Positions 16,907 to 27,296 of a DNA stretch of 60,963 nucleotides are shown here, one piece after another. Source of the stretch: an uncultured Candidatus Saccharibacteria bacterium (GTDB lineage: Bacteria; Patescibacteriota; Dojkabacteria; SC72); the NCBI GenBank assembly GCA_964618765.1, contig CAZUDZ010000002.1, forward strand, positions 3,166 through 64,128, written 5' to 3'. Every line of letters starts with the position of its first letter. Position 1 is the first letter of the stretch. Made by a program: the position numbers and the translations under genes. The notes beneath the pieces were generated by a model, which saw only the letters and a program-made list of their open reading frames with translations, searched no databases and was not told the DNA's origin.

Positions 16907-19423
16907 TTAGAAGCCCATTGGCGGGAATCCCATGCTTTGAGGTTGAGGTTCATCTTCTTTTTTATCTAATTGGGACCTAGTGCGAATATCATCATTTACA
17001 ACCTGAAGATCCCTACCATATTTAATCCTAGATATTTGTTTAATTATCTTCCCTATCTCCTTATTCACAGGCATATCAAAACCTGATTCTGGATAAGCAG
17101 GTCCATAAAGAGCATTTAGAGAAAATGGAGAAGGATATGAGCCTTTTGTTAAAAGTTTAGTGTAATAGCTCCCTATACCTTGGTTTACCATATCCATAGC
17201 AGTAATATATGATTCAAACTGTGTCTCTAGGAATTCTGCATCCTCTGCACTACATCTTGCAATAAAGAGAGAACCTACATTCCCAAAAACAGCACTTTTT
17301 ATATCCTCTGGCAACTGCCCTATATATTGATGCGCTAGTGTAAGATTCAACCTGTATTTTCTTGCCTCAGATAGTATAGAGTTAAATTCTTCTGTCGCAA
17401 AATTTTGGAACTCATCAGCGTAAAAGAAAAAGTCTCTTCTTTCCTCTTCTGGAATATCTTCCCTACTCAGCGCTGCAGCCAACATCTTCTGTACAAGAAG
17501 TAATCCTAAGAAAGACATATTCTCATCCCCTATCTTTCCTTTGGAAAGATTCACTATCAATATTTTCCCATTATCCATAATCTCACGGAAATCGAAAGAA
17601 GATTTAGATTGGCCAATTATATTTCGGATAGCAAGGTTAGTAGTAAACTTGTCAAATTTTGAGATGAAGTAAGTCAGAGCCTCTGACTTTGTCTTCTTAT
17701 CTGTTTTTGCTACTTGATCTGTCCAATACCTTCTAACAAGATCATCCTTTACCAAAGGCAACCAATAATTCATAACCCACTCCTCATCTTGTAGAATTCT
17801 TACAACCTCTATCAAAGTTGAGTCTGGTTTTGACATTGCAGTAAGCATTGAATTCCTTACAGCCTGCTGAAATGCAGGTCCTGCATAACCTTGATTATGT
17901 GGATCAAACAACCTTATCAAAAGAGCAATAAAACTATTTACAATCTGGTGTTTATGCTGTTCATTGTAATACTCCATGATATTAATACCAAAAGGCCTAT
18001 CAAAATCCCCAGCATCAAAATATATTACATCATCCGCCCTGTCCGCAGGAATCCTCTCCAAAAGCATCTCTGCAGCCTGACCGTGTGGATCTATGAAAGC
18101 ACAGCCATCGCCATTATAAATGTCCTGAATCATCATCCTAACCATCAACCAAGATTTACCAGTACCCGTCTGCCCCAAAATATATGCATGCCTTCTTCTA
18201 TCATCCCTCTCAAAACAAATTATCTTCTTCTTGCCTCTGAAATAATTATTCCCTAACCATACAGTATCCCGAGAGTTAATATCTGAACTAATATCATTGT
18301 CAGCTATTAATTCCTTTGATAATAACCACTTAATATTCGGTGTCGAGATATCCTTGTTTGGAAAGTGATACAAAGCGGCCAATTCTGCCAAATTAAAAAC
18401 AGTCTTCTCGTCCTGAGGACTTCTTCTGTATATAACATCATAAAGGAAACTCTTCTCTTTACCCTTTGGATTCTTCCTCTTCTTCAACCTATTAATCCCC
18501 GGATTACTATACTGATCAAAAGCCCCTATTATGTTATCCAGATGCATCTTTGCAATAGCCTTCTCAGGGGCACTAGTAACAATCCGTATCTCAGCCATCA
18601 ACCCTGGCTTGGAAATTTTCCTACTAATAGCCTCTAACTTCTCCTGGGAGACATTAATCTTACTCTTCTCTGGATCCGTATTGTTATTCTGAACCTTCTG
18701 AACAAACCCTTCCCCATTCTTCTGCCAACCGTTACCTACTGGAGCAACAATCAACTGTACTAAAGCACCCTCTCCCTCAGACATCTTACTTAAAGTACTC
18801 AAAACATTCGCCATCGGGTCACCAGTAAAATCTTCTGCAACTCTAATGGGGCAGTAAAGATCCTCATCCAAACCTAATTGTGCGTAAGCCATCTCACTGT
18901 TAGGAGCAAAAATATTGTATTCATCTACCACAGAGACATTCGCATCCTGATATGATCCGAGTATTTGTTTTTCTACCAAATCCGCAATCTTCCTTGGGCT
19001 GTGTACAAAAAATCTAATCTCACCAGGTAATCCCACCATCTCAAAACTAACACAATTACTGACACTAAATTTCTCTGCAAGACCTTCCCCCTTTCCCCCA
19101 ATACCATAAAGGTTAGCAAACATCTTTTCCGCTACCCCTATCTCTTCCTCATTGTTCCTTGGAACCCTAACCTCCATTAAAACCCCCTCAGCAGCCTTCT
19201 CATTCCTGTCTTTCTTCTTAAGTTTCTTTTGAACAAAAATGAAACCCCCTACTAAAAACCCAACCAAGAGAAGAAAGAAGATAATCCAGCCCCATGGGAT
19301 ATCAATTTCCTTTTTGTCATACAGTTGCTTGTGTGTGTCAGATGGATATTCCACTGCGGAACCTGTTTCTATCTCAGACTCAGGTTTAGTAGGCCCTATT
19401 TGACAGTAGATGTACTCGTTCAT
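16907..19423 (-). CDS. Membrane-anchored VirB4/TraG/HerA-superfamily ATPase (CPR type)
   Basis: N-terminal TM helix; DRRRHAYILGQTGTGKS (Walker A), FIDPHG, FFYADEFQNF (Walker B), SEARKYRLNLTLAHQY. Confidence 0.85.
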   Translation of the reverse strand: MNEYIYCQIGPTKPESEIETGSAVEYPSDTHKQLYDKKEIDIPWGWIIFFLLLVGFLVGGFIFVQKKLKKKDRNEKAAEGVLMEVRVPRNNEEEIGVAEKMFANLYGIGGKGEGLAEKFSVSNCVSFEMVGLPGEIRFFVHSPRKIADLVEKQILGSYQDANVSVVDEYNIFAPNSEMAYAQLGLDEDLYCPIRVAEDFTGDPMANVLSTLSKMSEGEGALVQLIVAPVGNGWQKNGEGFVQKVQNNNTDPEKSKINVSQEKLEAISRKISKPGLMAEIRIVTSAPEKAIAKMHLDNIIGAFDQYSNPGINRLKKRKNPKGKEKSFLYDVIYRRSPQDEKTVFNLAELAALYHFPNKDISTPNIKWLLSKELIADNDISSDINSRDTVWLGNNYFRGKKKIICFERDDRRRHAYILGQTGTGKSWLMVRMMIQDIYNGDGCAFIDPHGQAAEMLLERIPADRADDVIYFDAGDFDRPFGINIMEYYNEQHKHQIVNSFIALLIRLFDPHNQGYAGPAFQQAVRNSMLTAMSKPDSTLIEVVRILQDEEWVMNYWLPLVKDDLVRRYWTDQVAKTDKKTKSEALTYFISKFDKFTTNLAIRNIIGQSKSSFDFREIMDNGKILIVNLSKGKIGDENMSFLGLLLVQKMLAAALSREDIPEEERRDFFFYADEFQNFATEEFNSILSEARKYRLNLTLAHQYIGQLPEDIKSAVFGNVGSLFIARCSAEDAEFLETQFESYITAMDMVNQGIGSYYTKLLTKGSYPSPFSLNALYGPAYPESGFDMPVNKEIGKIIKQISRIKYGRDLQVVNDDIRTRSQLDKKEDEPQPQSMGFPPMGF

Positions 19424-19559
19424 ATTAGGAAGTATAACACAAAAAGAGGCCTCTCTTACTAGGCCTATAACATAGGATTAAGACATTTAATCCCTCCACA
19501 TCAAAAATAACAGGGTAGAAACCTTCGAAAATAATATTACCGAGGAAAATTGAAATAAC

Positions 19560-19856
19560 CTAATCCTGAGGAGGCAATCCCTTTGCCTTTTCAACAACAA
19601 TAGAAGAAGGATGCTCTACTGGAGAATTCTGATCTACAGGAAACCCATACCCAAGTGCAACTCTCTTCTCCTCTCCTGACACAACCTCTTTGTTCTCCTC
19701 CTCCACAGGAACAACAGGAGCAACAGGAACTACTCGCTCTTCTAAAGAAACTTCGGAAGAGTTAATTTCATCAACAGAATTAGGAGGAACTAAATTCTCC
19801 TCCTTTGACTCTACAAATGGTGTAAATTGTTCTATCTTTTTACCTATCTCATTCAT
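19560..19856 (-). CDS. Short acidic hypothetical protein
   Basis: 98-aa Glu/Val/Pro-rich ORF, in line with smpB. Confidence 0.6.
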   Translation of the reverse strand: MNEIGKKIEQFTPFVESKEENLVPPNSVDEINSSEVSLEERVVPVAPVVPVEEENKEVVSGEEKRVALGYGFPVDQNSPVEHPSSIVVEKAKGLPPQD

Positions 19857-19867
19857 AACCTATAATA

Positions 19868-20311
19868 TTATATCATATATTTTCTTTTCTGGTGTAGTAA
19901 ATCCCTCTCCATATCTCTTTCTTTCTCACGAGCCTTCTTTTCATACCTCTTCTTCCCCCTTCCATAACCTACCTCTACTTTCACTTTCCCTCTGGTCGTA
20001 TACACAGACAAAGGAATCAGGGTTTGACTACTCTGTTTTAAATTACTTTCAATCGACACCAACTCCTTTTTCTTAACCAGAAGCTTCCTTGATCTTCTAG
20101 GATCATAATTTTCACTTCCATCAAATTTGTACCTAGAAATATCTGCATTGATTAACCAAAGCTCCCCACCAAGGATCCTTACATAGGCATTGTTTAAGTT
20201 AATCCTCCCCGCTTTAACGGATTTGACCTCTGCCCCTGTTAAAACGACCCCTGCCTCAAAAGGATCAGAGATGTCATAATTGAAATATGCTTTTTTATTC
20301 CTAATTTTCAT
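19868..20311 (-). CDS. smpB: SsrA-binding protein
   Basis: NKKAYFNY, EAGVVLTGAEVKS, RSRKLL and GRGKKRYEKKAREKERD. Confidence 0.97.
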   Translation of the reverse strand: MKIRNKKAYFNYDISDPFEAGVVLTGAEVKSVKAGRINLNNAYVRILGGELWLINADISRYKFDGSENYDPRRSRKLLVKKKELVSIESNLKQSSQTLIPLSVYTTRGKVKVEVGYGRGKKRYEKKAREKERDMERDLLHQKRKYMI

Positions 20312-20323
20312 CGCATCATTATA

Positions 20324-22594
20324 CTACAATGCCAACTTCCAAATTTCAGAACCATCAAGAATATATATATTTTCCCCACCCTCGTCTACAACAAAATTTT
20401 TCACATCTGACCAAATTGAGCTTTTCTCTCCTCTGTATATATACTGATTTAGCAAAGAAACCTGATTTGGATGTCTAACATCCTCCCCCGACTCTATTGG
20501 CTTCTGTAAAAGCAAAAACCTTTTCCCCTCAGAATCAAATACATACAAAGGAGATGTCAAATCCCCTCCCGTAAATGCCTTTGTTAGCTTGCCATAATTC
20601 CCATCAAAACCAACCACTCCAAGAGGAGCCTCGAAATATTTTCCCTCAAAGAAACTGTAGTTAAACCTTAATATGTGGGGATCCTCTGGAACTATTATAT
20701 ATATACTTAAATCAGCAACCATATCAGTAGCAATATCCATCCTCTCATGCGTAAAATATTCATATGGCAAACCGTAGCGGTCTTCATACACTGCAGTTGA
20801 TCTTAAAAAAGCTTGCCTATCTCTAGAGAGGAAATACACATTGTCCGATACTGTCCATACAGTCATGGCAGCAATATCTGAAGCCCTAATGTCCCCTGTA
20901 CCTAATCCTGACAGAGAAGTGAAAGAGGAAAACCACCCCTCACTGTCAAAAGTCGCCTTCAGCATCCCTCCTGTTTCGTCATATACATAAACTCCTTTCT
21001 CTCCTACATACACAAATTTAGGTTTCCGAATTAACCCCCCCTCATCAGGTAAAGCCCGCACACTCTTGTCATACAAAGAAACCCTGTATATACTTTTCCT
21101 TCCTAAATCCGCAGCTACCAAATATTCATTCTCTAATCTGTCCTTGTATATCGTTAAATCAACTACTTCAGAGCCCTCCCCAAAGGCCAATCTAGAATCA
21201 ATATAACTAGTGAGAGCCCCATCCTTCTCTTTAACTCCTACTCTTTTGTACAATGTATCACCTAAACTCAATGTTTTCTCTTTTAACTCTACAAACCTCA
21301 GGTTATCTTTCTCATTCAAATCCTCAGGAACCTCTTTCAATGCCTTTTCAGCCTGAAAAAGATATGTTTCCGCAGAATCCCTGTCTGCAACAAAATTATC
21401 CCCTACCTTCTTGAGAAGACCTTCTATTTGCACAAAAGACTCTTGTGCTAAATTACTAATTTCTCTTGCCTCTTTCATTTTAATTGTGAAATTAACTCCC
21501 AAAACTAACAACACAGAGATAATGAGAAACAGAGCGAGTAATTTAAACCTCTTGTTTTTTAGATCCTTCTTCTTGTAACCATCAATCCTCATTCCCTGAA
21601 TTCCCCTAGAGCGAGACTTTCCAACCCTTACCTCTGACCACTTTGAAGCAAATCTTTTATACCATTTTTTCCTCCCAAAGCTCTTAACTACTGACTCCTT
21701 AAGACTTCCCCACTTCTCTAATAAAAAATCTCTTATCTTCAAAACAAATGGTGAAATTTTTACCTTAATTTTCTCCCCAAACTCTTTAACCTTCCGAACC
21801 TTTTCTTCTAATTGGATTTTATCCTTAAGATTCTGAAGTGTATTCTGTTTCGCCGGTTTCTTAATTTTTTCAATTCTCCCTCTTGGAGCAAAAATCTTTC
21901 CTACCCCATCCCCTACTTTTTTAACAACAGGTATGTTTTCTTCTTGAGGTTTCTTCTCTTCTAACTCCTCTGCGAAATGTAGTAACACTTCTGTCCCATC
22001 AAGTTTAGACCCTACCTCCTCCAAAACTTTCACAAACTCTTCTTTGTTCTTAAGCCTGAGTAGTATTTTCTCCTTTCCATCTAAGAGGGCTTTGGAGGAA
22101 ACCATCAAAATATCATCTTTCAAAAGTGCTAATCCAGCAGTATTTGCTTTCTTTTCTTCGAGAATGGAGGAGATATTTACAAGAGTACCCTTTTTAAACG
22201 CATATATGTCACTCTCTCCAAAAACCCCAATATACAGGCCCTCTTCCTTAACCAAAACTATTGTAAAGCTAACATCAATACCAGTCTCTTCCAACTGCTT
22301 GTCGTGTCTAATGAGCTCCCTTACCTTCTCAACCCCCTTTGCTATTGCTTCTTTGAGAGATTCGTTCGTTGTAGCAGAAGTAGAGTAAAGATATCCATCT
22401 ACGATACTATCCCACACAAATTTGGAAATCCTTTCTGCTGGTGCACTCTTCTCTGAGGATATTTTAAGAAAAGCATAGATATCTCCTTGCTTATCTACTT
22501 TTTTCTCCGATTTATCAAAAGAATGTTTAAATATTGTAGTATAGGAGTTCCTATCCCTATTGTTGGATATGTATTGTTTACAAGATATTTTCAT
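20324..22594 (-). CDS. Bitopic membrane protein (PP2C-like N-domain, TM, beta-propeller-like C-domain)
   Basis: N-terminal alpha/beta region (LYIGVFGESDIY, DILMVSS), a Lys-rich linker, one TM helix (LLALFLIISVLLVLGVNF) and repeated beta-rich blades (LYVFDS, IYILDG). Confidence 0.6.
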   Translation of the reverse strand: MKISCKQYISNNRDRNSYTTIFKHSFDKSEKKVDKQGDIYAFLKISSEKSAPAERISKFVWDSIVDGYLYSTSATTNESLKEAIAKGVEKVRELIRHDKQLEETGIDVSFTIVLVKEEGLYIGVFGESDIYAFKKGTLVNISSILEEKKANTAGLALLKDDILMVSSKALLDGKEKILLRLKNKEEFVKVLEEVGSKLDGTEVLLHFAEELEEKKPQEENIPVVKKVGDGVGKIFAPRGRIEKIKKPAKQNTLQNLKDKIQLEEKVRKVKEFGEKIKVKISPFVLKIRDFLLEKWGSLKESVVKSFGRKKWYKRFASKWSEVRVGKSRSRGIQGMRIDGYKKKDLKNKRFKLLALFLIISVLLVLGVNFTIKMKEAREISNLAQESFVQIEGLLKKVGDNFVADRDSAETYLFQAEKALKEVPEDLNEKDNLRFVELKEKTLSLGDTLYKRVGVKEKDGALTSYIDSRLAFGEGSEVVDLTIYKDRLENEYLVAADLGRKSIYRVSLYDKSVRALPDEGGLIRKPKFVYVGEKGVYVYDETGGMLKATFDSEGWFSSFTSLSGLGTGDIRASDIAAMTVWTVSDNVYFLSRDRQAFLRSTAVYEDRYGLPYEYFTHERMDIATDMVADLSIYIIVPEDPHILRFNYSFFEGKYFEAPLGVVGFDGNYGKLTKAFTGGDLTSPLYVFDSEGKRFLLLQKPIESGEDVRHPNQVSLLNQYIYRGEKSSIWSDVKNFVVDEGGENIYILDGSEIWKLAL

Positions 22595-22595
22595 A

Positions 22596-22862
22596 TTACG
22601 TAAGAATTACAAACAACAAAGAAACCAATGCTCCTATGACAACAAGAAAGACATATCCCGCTATTATCGCTTTGACGACCTTGTTCTGTGGGGATTTGAA
22701 TGTATCCGAAAGTATTCTTACTCTTAGAAAGAGAAGTACAGAGAAGAGAATGTTTACTATTAATGCCAGAACTACGGGGATTTTTAGTAGAGAAATGAAA
22801 TTAAAAGAGAAAACATCTCCCCCACCAATTGATAACTCTTTTAATATCCTTTCTATATCCAT
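22596..22862 (-). CDS. Small two-TM membrane protein (DUF5657-like)
   Basis: 88 aa with two hydrophobic helices. Confidence 0.65.
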   Translation of the reverse strand: MDIERILKELSIGGGDVFSFNFISLLKIPVVLALIVNILFSVLLFLRVRILSDTFKSPQNKVVKAIIAGYVFLVVIGALVSLLFVILT

Positions 22863-23497
22863 TAAATATCTCCTTTCTTTTTAGAATCTAAAAGGTCATA
22901 TATTACATCTTGAATATCTCTTGGTCTTGGAATATTATCAAATTCTATTTCAGGGGTAGCACCTGCTGTTTGGAAATATATTGTACCTACATCAAAAACA
23001 CTTCCTATTATTCCGATTTGTTTGTGACTTATATCCTCTATCTTCCTCAATCTAGCTTCTGCTAAACTATGGGAGACTACACTTGTAAAATCCAAATCCA
23101 CTATCCTTTTGTTTGTCACTATATTTACATTGTAAAACCACCTTGTGAAAGAGTAAACGATTATACTCAGAGATATAGTGAAGCAGGAAAGAGAAAGAGC
23201 TAGAAAAAGAGATGTATTAGTAAAAAATTCTGAAGAAAGAAGTCCTAAGAAGAGAGGAAGCACCATTATGATCAGAGAAACTAATACAAATGGAACATAT
23301 ATTATCCAATGCGACCTAACAACGAGTACAACGCTTTCGTCTTTTTCTTTTCCATAGAAGGTTAACCCTTTAGGAAAAACCGAAAGGGAACTACTGTCTT
23401 TTTCAGGAAGATGCTCTAAAAAAGATTTTCCTAACTTCCTAAATTTCTTTGGTATCTGATTGGGGTCTTCTCTTCTAGCCATGCTTAATAATAGCAT
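22862..23497 (-). CDS. Bacterial PH-domain membrane protein
   Basis: VVRSHW, two TM helices, NIVTNKRIVD, KIEDIS and FDVGTIYFQTAG. Confidence 0.8.
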   Translation of the reverse strand: MLLLSMARREDPNQIPKKFRKLGKSFLEHLPEKDSSSLSVFPKGLTFYGKEKDESVVLVVRSHWIIYVPFVLVSLIIMVLPLFLGLLSSEFFTNTSLFLALSLSCFTISLSIIVYSFTRWFYNVNIVTNKRIVDLDFTSVVSHSLAEARLRKIEDISHKQIGIIGSVFDVGTIYFQTAGATPEIEFDNIPRPRDIQDVIYDLLDSKKKGDI

Positions 23498-23521
23498 AAA
23501 TAGTAAATAGGAAGTATATTG

Positions 23522-25360
23522 TTACCTCTTTTCTACATTAAAGTATGCATAGTGTGATTGTTGTTGAATTCGCATATGCCCTGGAGCCATCTGGTTATAT
23601 ATGTCTTTAAATAGCATTCCCTTGACACTAACATTGCCTTTATCAGTACTGAAGGATACATTGGTGGTGCTCCCGCTAGAAAGAGCAGTTGTAACACTAT
23701 ATACGGCAGTAACAGGATTTTTTAATAAGGATTTTAACTGTGATGATGTATATGGGGTCTTGTCTGCCCTACCATAATCTAATCTTCCAGAACATTTCCC
23801 GTAGTCACTGGGAAGCAGTCTTGATTTGTCAGGGGTGCCATTTAACCCGACATCATTTTTTATATAGTACGCGTTTATCATGTCAACCATCTCCTGATGA
23901 GACAGCCACGCTGAATGACCACAGGTTTCTCCCGCAGCACTGTATCCTGCCCTATACCAAGATTTGTAAAACCAAGTAACTCCCGAAGCTCTCTCCCACG
24001 CATCCTCAAACCAGTTGGCTCCTCCACTACTTTGGGTATCCCAACCAGCATTATTTATCCACCCACCATGGACAGCTGCGTACTGTGTAGATGCTGGAGT
24101 TCCATCTCCATTAACCAAGACGATACCCCTGGTAGCAATAACCGCCTCTTTCCATCTCCCACTTTTAAGAGGCAAATTAAATACTTGACATGTTTGAGAT
24201 GTACAAATACTCTTTCTTCCATTATTGGTATATCTTACTGCATATGTCCTAGCCGCGATGGCTTGTGCTTTAAGAACCTCCATAGGCCAATTCTCAGGAA
24301 CTTCTTGTATCCCCATAAGATAGTGTTCCTCAAAATTCACAATTCCGTGACCATCAACGGAGATATCCGTCAAAATATTTTCTTGAGCTCCATTAATTAT
24401 AATATTCTCTCCTCTTAAAATAGTTCCAGGATAGTAGAAACTTAATATCTGATTGTGATTCTGACCCCCGATCTCTGCTCTCGCCTTTGCCCCCCACTGA
24501 CTCATACCGTTCCTGTGAGTGTATGCACCTATGGAAAACACCCCAAAAGACCCTCCAGGAGCTTGAGATATGGAAGTCCCCTCTTCACTCCCTGTGTAGC
24601 CTCCACTAGATATAAACCCTGCACTCCTTGCTGCTATCAATGCGGCTTGTAATTGAGAGACTTTCTTAGTTAAATCTGTAATCTCTGAACTTAAACCACT
24701 CTTTGCGGCTACCTGCTTACTCAACTCCACCTGTAACCTTGCTTTCTCATTTGCTAGTAACTTATGTGCTTCATCTAAACTTTCCTTCTCCTTACCCAAA
24801 TCCTCCTTCTCTCTATCTAATTCTGCCTTACTCTCAGCTAACGAACTAAACTCTCCCCCCATTTTCTCTACCTCTAACTTGAGCATGGATATAGTACTTG
24901 CCCGAATGTATAAATTTTCTACCAAGCTCCCCCAATTTCCACTATTTAAGAAGAAATTCGCCATCTTAAATCTACTCTGGATATATAGATCTCCAGATAC
25001 TTCATCTATCAATCCCTTTACCCTTTCTAAATCCTCCTGTTTCTGCTCAATCCCTTTAACTTTTTTTTCTACCTCAATCTCTTTCTCTTTAATTTTCTTC
25101 TCCAATGTATCAATCTCTTGCGTGAGTAACTCAATCTTTTGAGATACGGTATAGTTACTGCTTCCAATTTCCTTTATTCTTTTCTCCACCCCCTCTAATA
25201 CACCTTTTTTCTCCTTAATCTCTTGCTCTTTCTCGGTTATCTCCTTCTCCAACTCTCCTACAGTGTTGGAATATACAGGGTAATGAAAAACCAAAAAAGA
25301 GAATGTTGCGATGATTAAAATCACTACTGTCTTTGTGAATTTTCGGGGCATTTTTAACAT
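23522..25360 (-). CDS. SpoIID/LytB-domain peptidoglycan lytic protein with a long coiled coil
   Basis: Signal/TM, about 200 aa of coiled coil, HRNGMSQWGA, YLMGIQEVPENWPMEVLKAQAIAARTY and CTSQTCQVF. Confidence 0.85.
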   Translation of the reverse strand: MLKMPRKFTKTVVILIIATFSFLVFHYPVYSNTVGELEKEITEKEQEIKEKKGVLEGVEKRIKEIGSSNYTVSQKIELLTQEIDTLEKKIKEKEIEVEKKVKGIEQKQEDLERVKGLIDEVSGDLYIQSRFKMANFFLNSGNWGSLVENLYIRASTISMLKLEVEKMGGEFSSLAESKAELDREKEDLGKEKESLDEAHKLLANEKARLQVELSKQVAAKSGLSSEITDLTKKVSQLQAALIAARSAGFISSGGYTGSEEGTSISQAPGGSFGVFSIGAYTHRNGMSQWGAKARAEIGGQNHNQILSFYYPGTILRGENIIINGAQENILTDISVDGHGIVNFEEHYLMGIQEVPENWPMEVLKAQAIAARTYAVRYTNNGRKSICTSQTCQVFNLPLKSGRWKEAVIATRGIVLVNGDGTPASTQYAAVHGGWINNAGWDTQSSGGANWFEDAWERASGVTWFYKSWYRAGYSAAGETCGHSAWLSHQEMVDMINAYYIKNDVGLNGTPDKSRLLPSDYGKCSGRLDYGRADKTPYTSSQLKSLLKNPVTAVYSVTTALSSGSTTNVSFSTDKGNVSVKGMLFKDIYNQMAPGHMRIQQQSHYAYFNVEKR

Positions 25361-25367
25361 ACGGTAA

Positions 25368-25769
25368 TTATACCACTAGCTCAAGAAGCTTTTTAACACC
25401 CAAGATTATATATGGCATAAAGACCAACAATCCAGTAATTACAGAGACCAGTGCCGTAACTAAAACTGCGCCAGCACTTACATCTTTAGCATATTTGATA
25501 TTTACTTTGTAATCTAGAGACACAGTATCACAGAGGGCTTCTATCGCACTATTTATCGTCTCCGCTACAAACACCATAGATATTACAAGACTAATGGCAA
25601 TCCAGTCTGTATATGAAATTTGAAAAGCAAACCCTGCTAATATTACAACAAAGGCAACAACAATATCTATTCTAAAATTGCGTTCATTTCTGAATATTAA
25701 CTTAATACCACTACGAGCATGACCTTGGCTTTTAAAAAAACTCTCTGCCTTGTATTTGGGATTTTTCAT
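25368..25769 (-). CDS. dgkA: Diacylglycerol/undecaprenol kinase (DgkA family)
   Basis: ERNFRID, VAETINSAIEALCD and AKDVSAGAVL. The start was trimmed to MKNPK, 2 nt after the last pilin stop. Confidence 0.9.
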   Translation of the reverse strand: MKNPKYKAESFFKSQGHARSGIKLIFRNERNFRIDIVVAFVVILAGFAFQISYTDWIAISLVISMVFVAETINSAIEALCDTVSLDYKVNIKYAKDVSAGAVLVTALVSVITGLLVFMPYIILGVKKLLELVV

Positions 25770-25771
25770 TC

Positions 25772-26128
25772 TTACTTGGATAAGAAATCTATTGACACTC
25801 TTAATACTGCAAATATGACTGATATCACTATCAAACCTATTATTGCCCAAGTAAGTGTCCCTTGAGCCTGCTTAACCCTACTGGGATCCCCTGAGGATAT
25901 AATCCACATATATCCTCCTTGGATTATGAATACTAAAGCAATTAGACCCGCAACTGGAAACAGGTACCCTAAAATCTTGTCAATAAGGGGAGCAAGTTCT
26001 CCCAATCCAGGAGGAGGACCGGAAGTTTCAGAGCCTGAAGGGACATTGGTTGGAGGTAGAGGAGCAGAATAGACAGGGAAGGCTAAAATGAGAGGAAGTA
26101 CATAATATATTTTTGTTAGAAATTTCAT
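25772..26128 (-). CDS. VirB2/TrbC-like pilin (5th of 5)
   Basis: Signal-like N-terminus (VYSA) and IIQGGYMWIISSGDPSRVKQAQGTLTWAIIGL. Confidence 0.8.
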   Translation of the reverse strand: MKFLTKIYYVLPLILAFPVYSAPLPPTNVPSGSETSGPPPGLGELAPLIDKILGYLFPVAGLIALVFIIQGGYMWIISSGDPSRVKQAQGTLTWAIIGLIVISVIFAVLRVSIDFLSK

Positions 26129-26130
26129 CT

Positions 26131-26406
26131 CTATTTAGCTATTAATATTTTCTCTATTATAAACTCAATAATGGTAGGAGACAAGAACACTATTACTAAC
26201 CCTAGTAGAGAAAAAGCTAAAGACCTTGTAGCCTCCTTGACTTTCTCTTCATCCCCCATTGAAAGAATATATTTAAATCCAGCAAGAATTAAAGACACAA
26301 CTACAACCAACACAGATAAGGACATAGCTAGATTTACCACAAAAAATACGAATTCTGATAAATTCCCAAAGCCTGTGTTATTAAAGGTATCTAAGTGTAT
26401 AAACAT
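26131..26406 (-). CDS. VirB2/TrbC-like pilin (4th of 5)
   Basis: LILAGFKYILSMGDEEKVKEATRSLAFSLLGL. Confidence 0.8.
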   Translation of the reverse strand: MFIHLDTFNNTGFGNLSEFVFFVVNLAMSLSVLVVVVSLILAGFKYILSMGDEEKVKEATRSLAFSLLGLVIVFLSPTIIEFIIEKILIAK

Positions 26407-26471
26407 AAGAATCTAATTAATAAATAACCAAGGCAGTGTTATCTCCTTTAACAGCTCCTTTCTTCCCCTTC

Positions 26472-26837
26472 TTATGCTCCGGTCTGAAGAACATTGTTAA
26501 GAACAAACTGTACTAAGATTACAGAAATGAAACAAATTACTAATCCTACAATAGCATAAGTTAATGTCTTTGTAGCCTTCTCAATTTTCTGCTCATCTCC
26601 GGCAGCTGTAATGTATGAATATCCAGCAGCAATTAAGACAACTACACATACTAAAGCTGCTAGAAGAATTACCATGTTTATAACTCTTTTAGCAAGTCCC
26701 ATTACATCTTCACCTTCGTTTAAGGGACTCTTTGGAAGAAATTTTCCTAAACCAGTATCCTGTGCCTTAACAATTCCTGTCCAATACAGAGTGGATACAG
26801 ACCCTGCTACTACTCCTAATGCTTTAGAAATTTTCAT
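26472..26837 (-). CDS. VirB2/TrbC-like pilin (3rd of 5)
   Basis: Signal-like N-terminus (VKAQ) and LIAAGYSYITAAGDEQKIEKATKTLTYAIVGL. Confidence 0.85.
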   Translation of the reverse strand: MKISKALGVVAGSVSTLYWTGIVKAQDTGLGKFLPKSPLNEGEDVMGLAKRVINMVILLAALVCVVVLIAAGYSYITAAGDEQKIEKATKTLTYAIVGLVICFISVILVQFVLNNVLQTGA

Positions 26838-26919
26838 ATATTTTCTATTTATATATTATATTAATGACACAATTATATATAATGATGTGAAAAGTTGCAA
26901 CAGTATATCTAAAACCAAA

Positions 26920-27294
26920 TTAGACCGGTCGAGGGAGCGATCTTCCTTCAGGTGTTGGGTTTGGCATAGGAGCTTCATTCTTAGAATCATTCCCGCTGTC
27001 TCCATTGTTCTGTAAGACATCAAAAACGAAACCCACTATCATTCTTGCTAGAAAAACTATTACCATACCAACAATAGCACCTGTTATGACTTTCTGAGCC
27101 CTCTGAACCTTCTCGGGATCTCCTGCAGAGGTTATAAACATGTATCCTGCTACAACTATAAGTACTACTGCAACAAAGACGGAAAAGTAAATGAAAAAAT
27201 CTATAGCAACCCAAATTCTATCCTTAATTAAGGAATCAACAGAAGCATTTTCCCACTTTATCAATAAGTCGCCTAGACCACTTATAGAAGTCAT
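26920..27294 (-). CDS. VirB2/TrbC-like pilin (2nd of 5)
   Basis: IVVAGYMFITSAGDPEKVQRAQKVITGAIVGM, plus a polar C-terminal tail. Confidence 0.85.
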   Translation of the reverse strand: MTSISGLGDLLIKWENASVDSLIKDRIWVAIDFFIYFSVFVAVVLIVVAGYMFITSAGDPEKVQRAQKVITGAIVGMVIVFLARMIVGFVFDVLQNNGDSGNDSKNEAPMPNPTPEGRSLPRPV

Positions 27295-27296
27295 AG

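Noticed and set aside
19440-19562. Frame stays open past the TAG of the 98-aa ORF
   Set aside because: The continuation has no recognisable motif and would run into the next promoter.
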